In this document: one piece after another, positions 32,431-43,100 of the stretch
How positions within the stretch are numbered: the stretch's first letter is position 1
How the letters are laid out: each line of letters begins with the position of its first letter
DNA from: a virus
Length of the DNA: 64,000 bases
Strand: one strand, 5' to 3'
Virus record (IMG/VR): IMGVR_UViG_3300006752_000018
Span: 1-64,000 of that record
Made by a program: the position numbers and the translations under genes
The notes under the pieces: generated by a model
What the model was told of the DNA's origin: nothing
Databases searched by the model: none
Seen by the model: only the letters and a program-made list of their open reading frames with translations

Positions 32431-33392
32431 TGGCAAAACAAATAATAAACACAGGTGCTGGCGCCAATGACGGTACAGGTGATAGCTTAAGAGATGGTGC
32501 AGGTAAAGTTAATAGTAATTTTACAGAATTATATAATGCATTAGGTAACGGCAATAGTGTACAAATTAATTTATCAGGAGCATCTTCAGGACAAATTTTA
32601 GCCTATAACGGAGTAAATTTTGTACCAAGTTCGTCTAGTGCAATTGCATTTAATGCTGTTCAATCAGATAGCGGAACCGGAGTAGCTAGTGGAGGTAATA
32701 CAACCTTAGGAATTGTAGGAGCCGGCGGAATAGCAACATCAGTATCTGGAAATGTTTTAACAATTTCAGGAAACGGTTCAGGTGGAGGCGGTGGCGGAGC
32801 AAGTGTTACGGTTAGCACGACAGCACCATCTAATCCAGCAGCTGGCGATTTGTGGTATGATAGTGAATTAGGAATTTTAGCTGTTTGGTTTGCTACAGAG
32901 GGGGTATGGGTGCAATCTAACGGCGGTAATGTTATTGAACAGTTTAACGGCGATGTACAAGCAGGTATTACAACATTTATAGGAATGACGGATACTCCTA
33001 ATAGTTTTGTTGGAAGCGAAAACGCATTTGTAACGGTTAATTCAACCGGTACTGGATTAACATTTACTCCTGGCAGTAGTCAATCTGCTGATGTTCTTAC
33101 TCCTATTGATATAAACATTACATCAAGCCCTTATGCTGCATCATCATACGATTTGATATTTGTAGATACAACAGCAGGCGCAGTAAGTGTTAATTTACCA
33201 GTAAGTCCGTCAAAAGGAGAAGAAATAAGAATAGTAGATATAAAAGGAAATTTTGCAACAAACGCATGTACGATAACTTCAAATAGTCCTATTCAAGGAG
33301 AATCAGAAGATCTAATTATTGATGTAAATAGAGCAAGTTTAGGATTAATCTTTCACAGCTCAGCTAACGGATGGATACTGAAAGATAGATAA
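32430..33392 (+). CDS. Baseplate/fibre connector: T4 gp9/gp10-like N-terminus plus gp34-N-like C-terminal domain
   Basis: MAKQIINTG..NDGTGDSLRDGAGKVNSNFTELY resembles the gp10 N-terminal motif (KQNINIG..DDGTGDYLR.GG.KINENFDELY). The C-terminal VDTTAGAVSVNLP..D..GNF.TN.CT domain is shared with 55087. Confidence 0.7.
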   Translation: MAKQIINTGAGANDGTGDSLRDGAGKVNSNFTELYNALGNGNSVQINLSGASSGQILAYNGVNFVPSSSSAIAFNAVQSDSGTGVASGGNTTLGIVGAGGIATSVSGNVLTISGNGSGGGGGGASVTVSTTAPSNPAAGDLWYDSELGILAVWFATEGVWVQSNGGNVIEQFNGDVQAGITTFIGMTDTPNSFVGSENAFVTVNSTGTGLTFTPGSSQSADVLTPIDINITSSPYAASSYDLIFVDTTAGAVSVNLPVSPSKGEEIRIVDIKGNFATNACTITSNSPIQGESEDLIIDVNRASLGLIFHSSANGWILKDR

Positions 33393-35116
33393 TGAGTCGT
33401 TACAGTGAAGAAAAATACTTTGAAATTCCAGTTAAACCTACAAAAGAAGCGTTGCCGTTAAGTAATAATACTATAGGTGATAGATATATAGTAAGCGACG
33501 ATGTTTATATATGGAACGGAAATTTTTGGATCGAAGCAAATTTATTAGATCCACCGGCTAGTTTGTTTATTCAAACTTATAATGTATCAGCTGTAAGCAA
33601 TGTAGTTGACGAAGGTGATACAATAACTATAAATTTAACTACTACTAATATTCCTGATAACACAAATTTAGGCTATACAATAACAGGAACAGTATCTAGT
33701 GCAGATTTAAGTGGAGCATCGTTAACGGGATCATTTACTATTGTTAATAATGCAGCATCTGTAGCTTATACTGTTGCAGAAGATTTAACAACTGAAGGTA
33801 GTGAAACACTGATTTTTAGTTTAGATAATGGTGCAGATAGTGTTAGTGTTACGATAGGAGATACAAGCACTACACCTATTGCTGAATATACACTTACTCC
33901 TAGTATTGGAACAGTAGACGAAGGCGATTCGTTTACTATAACACTTAATACTGTAAATGTTCCTACAGGAACAGTGTTACCATATACAATTACAGGAATA
34001 CAAGTAGCAGATTTAGAAGCACCGGGTGAAACTTCTTTGTCAGGATCGTTTACTGTAGATGCAGTTGGCGCTGCACAAAAATCATTCAATATTAAAGAAG
34101 ATTCTAGTGTTGATGAAGGTAGTGAAACATTTGTAATTGCTTTAAATAATGGCAGTGGAAGTACGTCGGTTACAATAAACGACACAAGTGCAATTGTTTC
34201 AGGTGACGAAGTATTTACATCTGATGGAACATTTACAGTTCCGGCAGGAGTAACAAGTATAAACATTTATGCAGTTGGCGGTGGCGGCTCAGCTGAAGCC
34301 GGAGAATTTTCTAATGGATCATCTGGTGGTGGAGGCGGTGGTGCTTATGTTTCAATATTAGGCTACCCAGTTACACCTGGTGATAATATTACTGTTGAAG
34401 TAGGCGCAGGTAGTACCGCTGGGATAAACTATGCTAACAGTCCTTTCGAATTAGTTCACACTAATTCCGGAACAGGTCTAACTTACTATCCACAATCTGG
34501 CTCAATAGTAGAACCAACTAATGGACAGAGTAGTAGTATAACACATAATGGTACAACAATGTTAACAGCAGGCGGCGGCAGCAAAGGTAGGATTATCACA
34601 GGCGGTAACGGGGGAGTTGGATCTGTACACGGCTCTGTTGCTACACTTGCAGACAGCCATGAAATAGTTAATGGTAAAACAGGTGAGGCTGGACAATCAG
34701 GTAATTCTGGAACAAGGCCTGGTGGTGGAGGAGGCGGAGGTCGTGGAGGCATGGGTGGTACTGGACGTGGCGACTTCTATAGAAGCAACGGTGGATACAA
34801 TTACAGTAAACAAGCAAATGGCGGCCAAGGTGGCGGCATGCATTTATATGGCGGCACAACAAATGGAAGTAATGGTGCTGATGCACCCATATTATGGAAT
34901 GGAAGTTTTAACTATACTCTTGCCGGTAACGGCACTAATGGCGGAACAGCAACAGGTGATGCATACGGCGCTGGCGCTGGCGGTGGTGTAGGTGGACGTA
35001 TACGTAATCAAACCATTGTCAGTAGCGGTACAAGCTATTATTATAAATGGTTTTTAGGTAGAGATACTAGCAGCGGAACTCAAGGCGCTATACGATTTGC
35101 ATGGGGGAACGCATAA
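33392..35116 (+). CDS. Gly-rich adhesin-like virion protein (574 aa) with two Calx-beta/Ig-like repeats
   Basis: Two VDEGD..EGSET repeats, then the FTVPAGVTSI..AVGGGG...GAIRFAWG Gly-rich domain. Confidence 0.75.
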   Translation: MSRYSEEKYFEIPVKPTKEALPLSNNTIGDRYIVSDDVYIWNGNFWIEANLLDPPASLFIQTYNVSAVSNVVDEGDTITINLTTTNIPDNTNLGYTITGTVSSADLSGASLTGSFTIVNNAASVAYTVAEDLTTEGSETLIFSLDNGADSVSVTIGDTSTTPIAEYTLTPSIGTVDEGDSFTITLNTVNVPTGTVLPYTITGIQVADLEAPGETSLSGSFTVDAVGAAQKSFNIKEDSSVDEGSETFVIALNNGSGSTSVTINDTSAIVSGDEVFTSDGTFTVPAGVTSINIYAVGGGGSAEAGEFSNGSSGGGGGGAYVSILGYPVTPGDNITVEVGAGSTAGINYANSPFELVHTNSGTGLTYYPQSGSIVEPTNGQSSSITHNGTTMLTAGGGSKGRIITGGNGGVGSVHGSVATLADSHEIVNGKTGEAGQSGNSGTRPGGGGGGGRGGMGGTGRGDFYRSNGGYNYSKQANGGQGGGMHLYGGTTNGSNGADAPILWNGSFNYTLAGNGTNGGTATGDAYGAGAGGGVGGRIRNQTIVSSGTSYYYKWFLGRDTSSGTQGAIRFAWGNA

Positions 35117-36465
35117 TGAGCAGTTATAAGGCTAACAAAGGATATCAAAAAGAATATACAAATGCATTACCTAGTATTGGCGTGCCAAACGGAAGTAAGT
35201 CTTTTATTGCTGGTGAAGTATTTTTATGGGACGGCGACGAATGGGGGTATATACAAACTGAAAATCTACCACCTATATGGAATAACAGAATAGATGCAAC
35301 AGTATTTTTAGAACAAGCAGGTGCTACTACAACTTTAGATTTTGGTGCAACAGATCCTGAAGGCGCTTCAATAAATTACGAATTATCTTATCCGACATTT
35401 ACTAGTGATAACACAGGTACAGATCCAGTTGATTCGTTAACATTTGATGATGATACAGGTGTATTAGTTATCACACCTATTACAACAACAGACACTTGTG
35501 AAAAACTTATTAGAGTAACTGCTAGTGACGGAATTAATAGTATTTCAAAAGATGTATTATTATTACTTTCTCAAACAGTTACTACCGCAGCAGATAGCGG
35601 AGCAATTTGGGTTAAACCAGGAGTGTATACATGGATTCCTCCTCAAGGAACTCCTGCATTGATACACATTGTTTGTATAGGAGCTGGCGGTGGTGGTTCT
35701 GGTATGCAATCTTCAACTAACACATCTGGTGCAGGTGGAGGCGGTGGTACATTATCTTATGCTAATAATGTTGCAAATGACGGTTCGTCACTAACAATTA
35801 TAGTCGGTGCTGGAGGCAGCGGAGGCATAAGAAACTTTCCAGGTTCTAACGGTGGATTTACTAGAGTTCAAAAAACTACGAATGGACAAGTACTGATAGA
35901 AGCATCAGGCGGCGATGGCGGATCGTTTGGCACTGCTGGTGAAGGCGGTGGAGTTGCTGGACTAAATTCAGCATATTCTGGAGGTGATGGCGGCAGTGGA
36001 GCAACAGGTGTTGGAAGTACAGGCGGAGGCGGTGGCGGTGCAGGTGGCTACGGCGGTCTTGGTGGTACAGGTGGAAGTTCGTCGTTTATTCAAAATCTTC
36101 CAGCAAATGGTCAAAACGGAACAGCAGGTGTAGGTGGCGGTGGCGCTGGCGGCAGTGAAGCTACCTCATCACCAGGATTATCTGGAGGCGGTGGTGTAGG
36201 ATTTTATGGTCTAGGATCGGACGGACTTCCAGTACTCCGAAGCGGTGGCGGTGGTGGATCAGGCGCAAGCGATGGAGATATAGGAACAGGTGGATTTCCA
36301 GGTGGTGGCGGCAGTGGCACAGCCGTAACTACTAATACAGCAGCAGGATTTGGACAAGATGGAGCAGACGGAGCTGTTAGAATAATGTGGGGAGATAGTC
36401 GCAGCTTTCCTTCAGTCAATGCAGCAGATACAGATAGTATTGTGCAAGAACAGGACTATTCATAA
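35116..36465 (+). CDS. Gly-rich adhesin-like virion protein (449 aa) with a cadherin-like domain
   Basis: Start revised from 35101 to 35116 (TAATG overlap; MSSY parallels MSRY and MAKY of the neighbours). Contains ATDPEG..VTASDG and PGVYTW..IGAGGGG...GAVRIMWG. Confidence 0.75.
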   Translation: MSSYKANKGYQKEYTNALPSIGVPNGSKSFIAGEVFLWDGDEWGYIQTENLPPIWNNRIDATVFLEQAGATTTLDFGATDPEGASINYELSYPTFTSDNTGTDPVDSLTFDDDTGVLVITPITTTDTCEKLIRVTASDGINSISKDVLLLLSQTVTTAADSGAIWVKPGVYTWIPPQGTPALIHIVCIGAGGGGSGMQSSTNTSGAGGGGGTLSYANNVANDGSSLTIIVGAGGSGGIRNFPGSNGGFTRVQKTTNGQVLIEASGGDGGSFGTAGEGGGVAGLNSAYSGGDGGSGATGVGSTGGGGGGAGGYGGLGGTGGSSSFIQNLPANGQNGTAGVGGGGAGGSEATSSPGLSGGGGVGFYGLGSDGLPVLRSGGGGGSGASDGDIGTGGFPGGGGSGTAVTTNTAAGFGQDGADGAVRIMWGDSRSFPSVNAADTDSIVQEQDYS

Positions 36466-39215
36466 TGGCAAAATATTCAAGAAAAAAATCTTTATCACAA
36501 GAAAGTGTCCTTACATTTGCTAATTTAGATGCAATACCAGATTCGGGAATTGATATAGGAACAATAGCATGGATTACTAGCGAAGATGCATTCTATATTC
36601 TAAAAACAGCAAATAGCGGTTGGAAAAAAATATACGAAAATAGTTATTATGCAGGTGCTCCTACATACACTTTAATTAAATCTCCAATCGGCGGCGCTGT
36701 AGACGAAGGTGACACTATGACTGTTACTATAACTACAACTGGAGTATCAGATGGCACATCAGTTGGGTATTTATGGGAAGGAATTAGTAATTCTGATGTT
36801 ACAGGAGGACCTTTTCAAGGAACTGCTGTTATATATAATAGCATTGCAACTGTAACATTAGTAGCAAAAGCTGATTTTACAACTGATGGTGTTGATATAG
36901 CAACTTTTTCTTTAGATGCTACTGACTCGTTAGGAAATGCTACTAATGCTACTTCAGCCGAGTTTACTATTTCTGATACTAGTATTGATCCTGTAGGTAA
37001 CACAAATCCTGATTTTACAATCAATGTAACTGCTTCTGGTGCATCGGCTTATACAATGACCGGTACTGATCGAAACGGAGTAGTTAGTGGACAAAATCCA
37101 ACCTTATTATTTTATGTAGATGATATTGTAGATTTTGTAATTAATAGTCCAGGACATCCGTTTTTTCTTAAAACGGTAGCAAATAATGGTACGGGCAATA
37201 CAATTACTATTAACGGAAGCGAAATACCAAATAATGGTACATCTAACGGAACAATTCGGTGGACTGTACATACAGATGATACTTTCTATTATATTTGTCA
37301 ATTCCATGGAGCAATGTCTGCTCCAATTATTACTACACCTGTAGTCGGGGGTATACTATATGATATTCCTGGTACGTATACATGGACTGCACCAGTTGGT
37401 ATAACCAGTGTTAGTGCAGTGGTAATCGGCGGTGGCGGCGCAGCTGACTTTAGCCTATACGGCGGAGAAGGAGGCGCCCTAGCTTGGAAAAATTCTATAC
37501 CTGTTATACCTGGAGAAGATTACACTGTTTCTGTAGGCAACGGCGCAACGACGAGCTCAGAAGGCCGACCTGTGATCCAGTCTGGAAGTAGTTATTTTAT
37601 AAGTTCAGCTACTGTCAGTGCTAAGGGCGGAGACAGCGGCTCCAATGCTACATCAAGGACTGGTACCGAAGTGGTAGGAGATGGTGGAGGCGCAGGAGGG
37701 CATGGAGGTCAAGGCGGCGGCTATGTAACAGGATCGAAATCAGGCGGCGGAGCAGGTGGCTATAGCGGAAACGGCGGTAATGCAGGCAGCCACACAGGCG
37801 TTTCTAGTAATACAACTCTAGATGCTGGTGATGCAGGCAGCGGTGGTGGCGGCGGCGGTGGCGGTCATTATAGCTCAGGTGATATTAATTTTACTGGGAC
37901 AATACCTACTACCGGAGGTGGCGGTGTAGGAGTATACGGTCAGGGTGCAAATGGTGCAGGAGGAGCTGCAACAAGTGCTACTACTTTATTTGCAGGTAAA
38001 GGCGGATCTGGAGGTGATGACGGAACTCGTGGAGGCATCAACAGCCAGCAAGCAAACGGCGGAGATTACGGCGGGGGCGCCGGTGTAGTATATAAAAGAG
38101 ATGCTGGTGCTGCTAATTATGTGCCTTCATATCCTGGTTTAGAAAATACAACTGCTGGCAAGGGTGCAGTAAGAATTATTTGGGGATCAGGAAGAGCATT
38201 CCCTTCAACTAATGTAGCATTAGCAGATTCAAACGGTTATGAAACTACGTATGTACCGCCAGCAGTTCCAACTTACACAGCGACACCGACAACATTTTCT
38301 GTTAGTGAAGGTAGTTCAGTAACAATTAATGTAGCAACAACTGCTGTTCCAAATGCAACTACATTATATTGGACTGTTACTAGAGCTAGTGAGTTTAATG
38401 TTTCTAGTGGTAGTTTTACTATTTCAAATAATGCCGGACAGTTTACGGTTACACCTATTATAGATGCTGTAGTTGAAAATCCAGAAACATTCCAAGTACA
38501 AATTAGAACTGTAAGTACAAGTGGAACTGTAGTTGATACAACAAGTGCAATAACTATTAATAACGTGAATGTATCAGCTAATATTGTGTCAGTGTCAACT
38601 ATGAATTTACCTTCAGGTTTTCGTCGTACAAGTAGTCCGAAAAAATTTAGTAATTTAAGTTTTGCTTCTAACGGAACTCAAAGTAGCGGACCTCAGTTTA
38701 GTCTTCAATCGCAATACGGGGTACAAACACAAATAACTGTTGAAATGTGGGTAAACCCTGTTATGCGCGGTGATACAATATTCGGAGTAAGCGACCCGGC
38801 AAACTCAATGTATCATGGTGTTGATTACATGTCCAATAGTGCTTGTCAATGGAGGTATAGAGCAGCGTCGGGCAGTCCAAGTGGATCAATCGGTTCAAGT
38901 GCAGGCACCCTAGCTCTTAATACGTGGGGATTACTAACAGCAGAACTTTCAACTAGTTCAAATGGATCAATGGTAGCTCGATGGTGGCTTAATGCAACAG
39001 GAAACGGAGGCACTTGGACGTGGCAAAATAATGCACCTGGACATATAAGCTCTTTTGGAGCAATTACTTTTGCATGGTGGCCTTATGCCCCTAACAGATT
39101 TAACGGTGTTTTTGGACCTGTTAGGGTAAGCAAAGGTTTAATTTATAATGGATCACCAACAGTACCTACATCAACATTTCAAACGACTGCCGATACACTA
39201 CTGATAATTCAATAA
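36465..39215 (+). CDS. Multidomain adhesin-like virion protein (916 aa): Ig-like, cupredoxin-like, Gly-rich, Ig-like, LamG-like
   Basis: GHPFFLKT...YYICQFHGAM; PGTYTW..IGGGG...GAVRIIWG; C-terminal TVEMWV..FNGVFGPVRVS. Confidence 0.75.
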   Translation: MAKYSRKKSLSQESVLTFANLDAIPDSGIDIGTIAWITSEDAFYILKTANSGWKKIYENSYYAGAPTYTLIKSPIGGAVDEGDTMTVTITTTGVSDGTSVGYLWEGISNSDVTGGPFQGTAVIYNSIATVTLVAKADFTTDGVDIATFSLDATDSLGNATNATSAEFTISDTSIDPVGNTNPDFTINVTASGASAYTMTGTDRNGVVSGQNPTLLFYVDDIVDFVINSPGHPFFLKTVANNGTGNTITINGSEIPNNGTSNGTIRWTVHTDDTFYYICQFHGAMSAPIITTPVVGGILYDIPGTYTWTAPVGITSVSAVVIGGGGAADFSLYGGEGGALAWKNSIPVIPGEDYTVSVGNGATTSSEGRPVIQSGSSYFISSATVSAKGGDSGSNATSRTGTEVVGDGGGAGGHGGQGGGYVTGSKSGGGAGGYSGNGGNAGSHTGVSSNTTLDAGDAGSGGGGGGGGHYSSGDINFTGTIPTTGGGGVGVYGQGANGAGGAATSATTLFAGKGGSGGDDGTRGGINSQQANGGDYGGGAGVVYKRDAGAANYVPSYPGLENTTAGKGAVRIIWGSGRAFPSTNVALADSNGYETTYVPPAVPTYTATPTTFSVSEGSSVTINVATTAVPNATTLYWTVTRASEFNVSSGSFTISNNAGQFTVTPIIDAVVENPETFQVQIRTVSTSGTVVDTTSAITINNVNVSANIVSVSTMNLPSGFRRTSSPKKFSNLSFASNGTQSSGPQFSLQSQYGVQTQITVEMWVNPVMRGDTIFGVSDPANSMYHGVDYMSNSACQWRYRAASGSPSGSIGSSAGTLALNTWGLLTAELSTSSNGSMVARWWLNATGNGGTWTWQNNAPGHISSFGAITFAWWPYAPNRFNGVFGPVRVSKGLIYNGSPTVPTSTFQTTADTLLIIQ

Positions 39216-39218
39216 ATA
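39213..39218 (+). promoter_or_regulatory. T4-like late promoter core TAAATA overlapping a stop codon
   Basis: AATAAATAT; AGGAG at 39224-39228; ATG at 39237. Confidence 0.65.
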
Positions 39219-39236
39219 TAGTTAGGAGAATAACAT

Positions 39237-40160
39237 ATGGCCCAAATAAACTTTCCAAATAGTCCAACAGATGGACAGGAATTTATTGCATCTAATACCT
39301 TATATACATATGTATTAGCAAAAAACCTGTGGAAAGCAACATCTCTAGGTGGCGGAAGTGGAGGCGGTAGCGGCTCAACTTCATTTGTTACTTTAACTGA
39401 TGTAGGACTTACTGATTTATCAGCAGGTGATTTGATATTTTATGACGGAACATTTTTTGCTAACACAGATTTAAAATATAGACAAATTGCATTTTCTGCT
39501 GCAAGTGCATACACATTATCAACACAAAGTGCTAATTATAAAGTTGCTGAAGATCCAAATAATGGTAACAATCCTATGCTTTCAGCATTCGCTGGAACTA
39601 TTATGAGGTTAGATTTAGACACAACTGGTGACGCAGTTCGTATACAAGATTATAATGGTAATGATTATAATGATGGTTTAGTACATGTTTCTGATGATGG
39701 AACGCAGGCAGTCGGAATATCAGCACAAGGTAAGACCAGCGGTTCTTTGTATTGGAAGATTCCAGTTGATGCGGCAGGAACATATGTATATCAAAGTGAA
39801 GTTAGATCTAATATGAAAGGTTACATTAAAGTTAAAGGAGCTGGTAATGAACCTGCACTTAATTTAGGATCTTTAGGAGGATCACTTGAATTAGACCTAG
39901 CAGCATCTAACGTATTTAATTTGGATTTGAACAGTAATGTTACAAATTTAACTTTAAGTAATGCTGCGTCCGCAGGTTCTACAATTACATTAGTTATAAC
40001 AAACAGTGGTACATATGACATAACATGGCCTGGGCAAATAATTTGGTCGCAAGGATCACCTCCGACATTAACAACAAGTGGTAAAGATATCATTACATTA
40101 TTATCTGTTGATGGCGGCACAGTTTTTTATGGATTTGTCGCTGGACAGAATTTTAGTTAG
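39237..40160 (+). CDS. Virion structural/fibre protein (307 aa) with a degenerate cupredoxin-like domain
   Basis: N-terminus MAQINFPNSPTDGQ; middle YVYQSEVRSNMKG; C-terminal ITWP..IIW..G..PTLT..GKDI domain; AGGAG RBS. Confidence 0.7.
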   Translation: MAQINFPNSPTDGQEFIASNTLYTYVLAKNLWKATSLGGGSGGGSGSTSFVTLTDVGLTDLSAGDLIFYDGTFFANTDLKYRQIAFSAASAYTLSTQSANYKVAEDPNNGNNPMLSAFAGTIMRLDLDTTGDAVRIQDYNGNDYNDGLVHVSDDGTQAVGISAQGKTSGSLYWKIPVDAAGTYVYQSEVRSNMKGYIKVKGAGNEPALNLGSLGGSLELDLAASNVFNLDLNSNVTNLTLSNAASAGSTITLVITNSGTYDITWPGQIIWSQGSPPTLTTSGKDIITLLSVDGGTVFYGFVAGQNFS

Positions 40161-40168
40161 GAAAAAAT

Positions 40169-43100
40169 ATGTCTGATATAGGTATAGTTGGCATCCTTTC
40201 TGCAAGCGGAACATCGGGTTCTATTGAATTTGAAACTCAATTATCAGAAATTATAGTACCTAATAATTCTATAGTAAGAGTAGGAATTATATCAAATAGG
40301 AAATCAGTAACTTATACTATTGAACAAGATACGGCATCTAATTTAGTAAATGTTCCTGCATTTACTTTTGAAGATTACGGCACAACTGAATCTGGAGACA
40401 ATTTAACTGTCTTAAAAATCGAAACAGATGATGATTACCAAAATACTGTATACAAATTAAAAGCTACTGTTAATGCAGATGTGTATGCTTATAGCAGACG
40501 ATTTGAAATTCGTAGCTCGCCTGTAGGAGCAGCAACATATAACAAGACAGTTAGTATTGACCAACCGAGTGCAACACTTGTTGTATTAGATAATGCTGCA
40601 CAATCCTTTAATATTCCTATATTAAGGACATTTGAAGTAAACAACTTACAACCTCAAGGACAGGTTGCATACACTTCTCCCGGTACGTATACATGGGATG
40701 TACCAAGTGGTGTAACTGAAATTAGTATGGTAGCTATCGGAGGAGGAGGAGCTGGCGGCGGCGCCTACGGAACTCAATTAGGGGCGTTTTGGGGTAAAGG
40801 CGGCGCAGGTGCAGGCCTTGCTTGGGGAACAGCATCAGTAACTTCTGGAGACAGTATAAAAATAGAAGTAGGAGAAGGAGGAGTAGGACAAACAGGAGAT
40901 GCAGGGTTATCCGGACAAACTAGTAGAATATGCCATATGGGAAATAATTGTCAATTTATGGCAGCATGTGGTGGCGGTGGCGGTGGGATTTCAGGTTTGA
41001 ATAACTATGAACCTTTATCTACAGGCGGTCAATACGTTGTAGATAGTGCATTATCTAGTAGCGGCGGCGGCAACGGAGGATCCGGTGGAGGGACTGAGCG
41101 ATCAACTGATTCAGATGGTGCTATACTTGAAGGCTGGCCAGGCGGTGGCGGTGGCACAGCAGGCTACAGTGGCAATGGCGGGTCCGGTGGACCAAGAAGT
41201 GGCATTGCGCCTTACGGACTCGATGGATCCGGTGGCGGTGGTGCAGGTGGATACAGACAATGCGGCGGTGGCACAGGACTTTGGCAAGTTTGCCAACAAA
41301 GTATAGGTGGAAATAATGTAAACGGATATAAAGGTTCAAACGGATCAACAGGTGCATTAGTATATAAAAAATACGGCGCAAACACTTCTCCTAGCACTGG
41401 TTGGTTTGGACACGGTGCTTCAGGGTATGAATGGCCAGGAACTGATGCTGATAAATGTTTTCCAGGACCAAGTGGAGGCGACGGAGCAGTTAGAATAGTT
41501 TGGGGAGGTGGTAGAGAATATGAAGGACAAACAATTCAAACTCCTCAGCATAACGACGATGTATACGAAGTTGAAGATGGAACAACATTAAATTTTAACG
41601 AAGACACTCCTATTATATCTTATAAACTTACAGGCACAATTCCTAATACTGTTGATACTGATGCAATTAATGTTGATAGAGAATTGCAATTTGAATCAGG
41701 ATCTAATGTACAAAATATTGTTATTCCGGTCTTAGATGATGCAATTAGTGATACTGCTGGTTCTAATACAGGAACTTTCACATTTAATTTAACTGCGTCA
41801 ACAGATGAATATACAGTTTCAACCAATACAGCAACCTTAGGTATACAGACTAATCCTAACCCCCCTGTAAGAGAAATAGGATGGCTATCTCCAACATATA
41901 ATATTGACGAAGGAGAAACTATATCTGTTAAATTACTACGTACTTCTATAAGAAATGGCACATCTGACTTAGGGTTACCTATTACTGTATTTTGGAGTAT
42001 TAGGGGAGAAAATGTAGGTGACGATCCAGATGACAGATGGAACACAACTTCAGGATCTACAATTATACCCGCAGGCGAAACCGAAGCGGCAATTAACCTT
42101 AGTATAGCTCCTAATAATACTGAAGCACCTAGTAGTACAAATATAATAGAAATTAACTCTGTTTCAGATGCAAGATATACTGTTACTGGTAATTCACTAA
42201 TTACAATAAACAATTTGTATAAACTTGTAAGAATTGCTAGTAGTGCGATTTTTACAGAGGGCGAAACAGGTAGCGTTACATTATCTAGAGTATATAAAAG
42301 AAACGGTGCAGATGCTACACCAGACGATACTACTGTAATATCTTGGGGTTTTGGTACAGCATTAAACGACAGCAGAGTAACTTTAACAAGTGGCACTGTA
42401 AGTATTGCAGGAACTGCATTAACTAACGATATAAATATTCCTGTTTCATCTACAGCAGGATTACAAACTTCTACATTTAACACAATTAGAATTTTAAATG
42501 CTACAAGCAATTATATAATCGATGATGCTAATAATACAAGCACAATAAGAATTAATGATACTATAGATGAAGTGAAAACAATATCAATATCAACGCCTAA
42601 TGTTTCTGTCGATGAAGGAAACACATTTACTGTAATACTACAGCGAGAACACTTAGTCGATGGAGTTAGTTCCTTATCAGACAGACCTACTATTGCTTGG
42701 ACATTAACAAATGCTGATTCGAGATTTGTTGGTACTAGTGGAGTATCTGCTTGGCAATCTGATGAAACTGATTTATCTATTTCAATTCCTACTGAATTGT
42801 CAGAAATTTATATAGGTGATGCAACGGCTACATTTACTATATATAATCCTAGCTTGTTATATGAAATAGAAGGTAATGATAGTATAACACTAACATTAAT
42901 TGAAAACGATACTGCACCTACTATCGATGTAACATTTGATAATACGATTGTAAGAGGCGGCCAATCTATAATTGGAACAGTTTCTACACAAAGTGTATTA
43001 GATGGTAGTGCATATAAGTATTATATAAATCATAATTCTACTAACAATTTTGATTTTACAAGCGATACTTCTTCTCCAATATCATTTAATATTGTTAATA

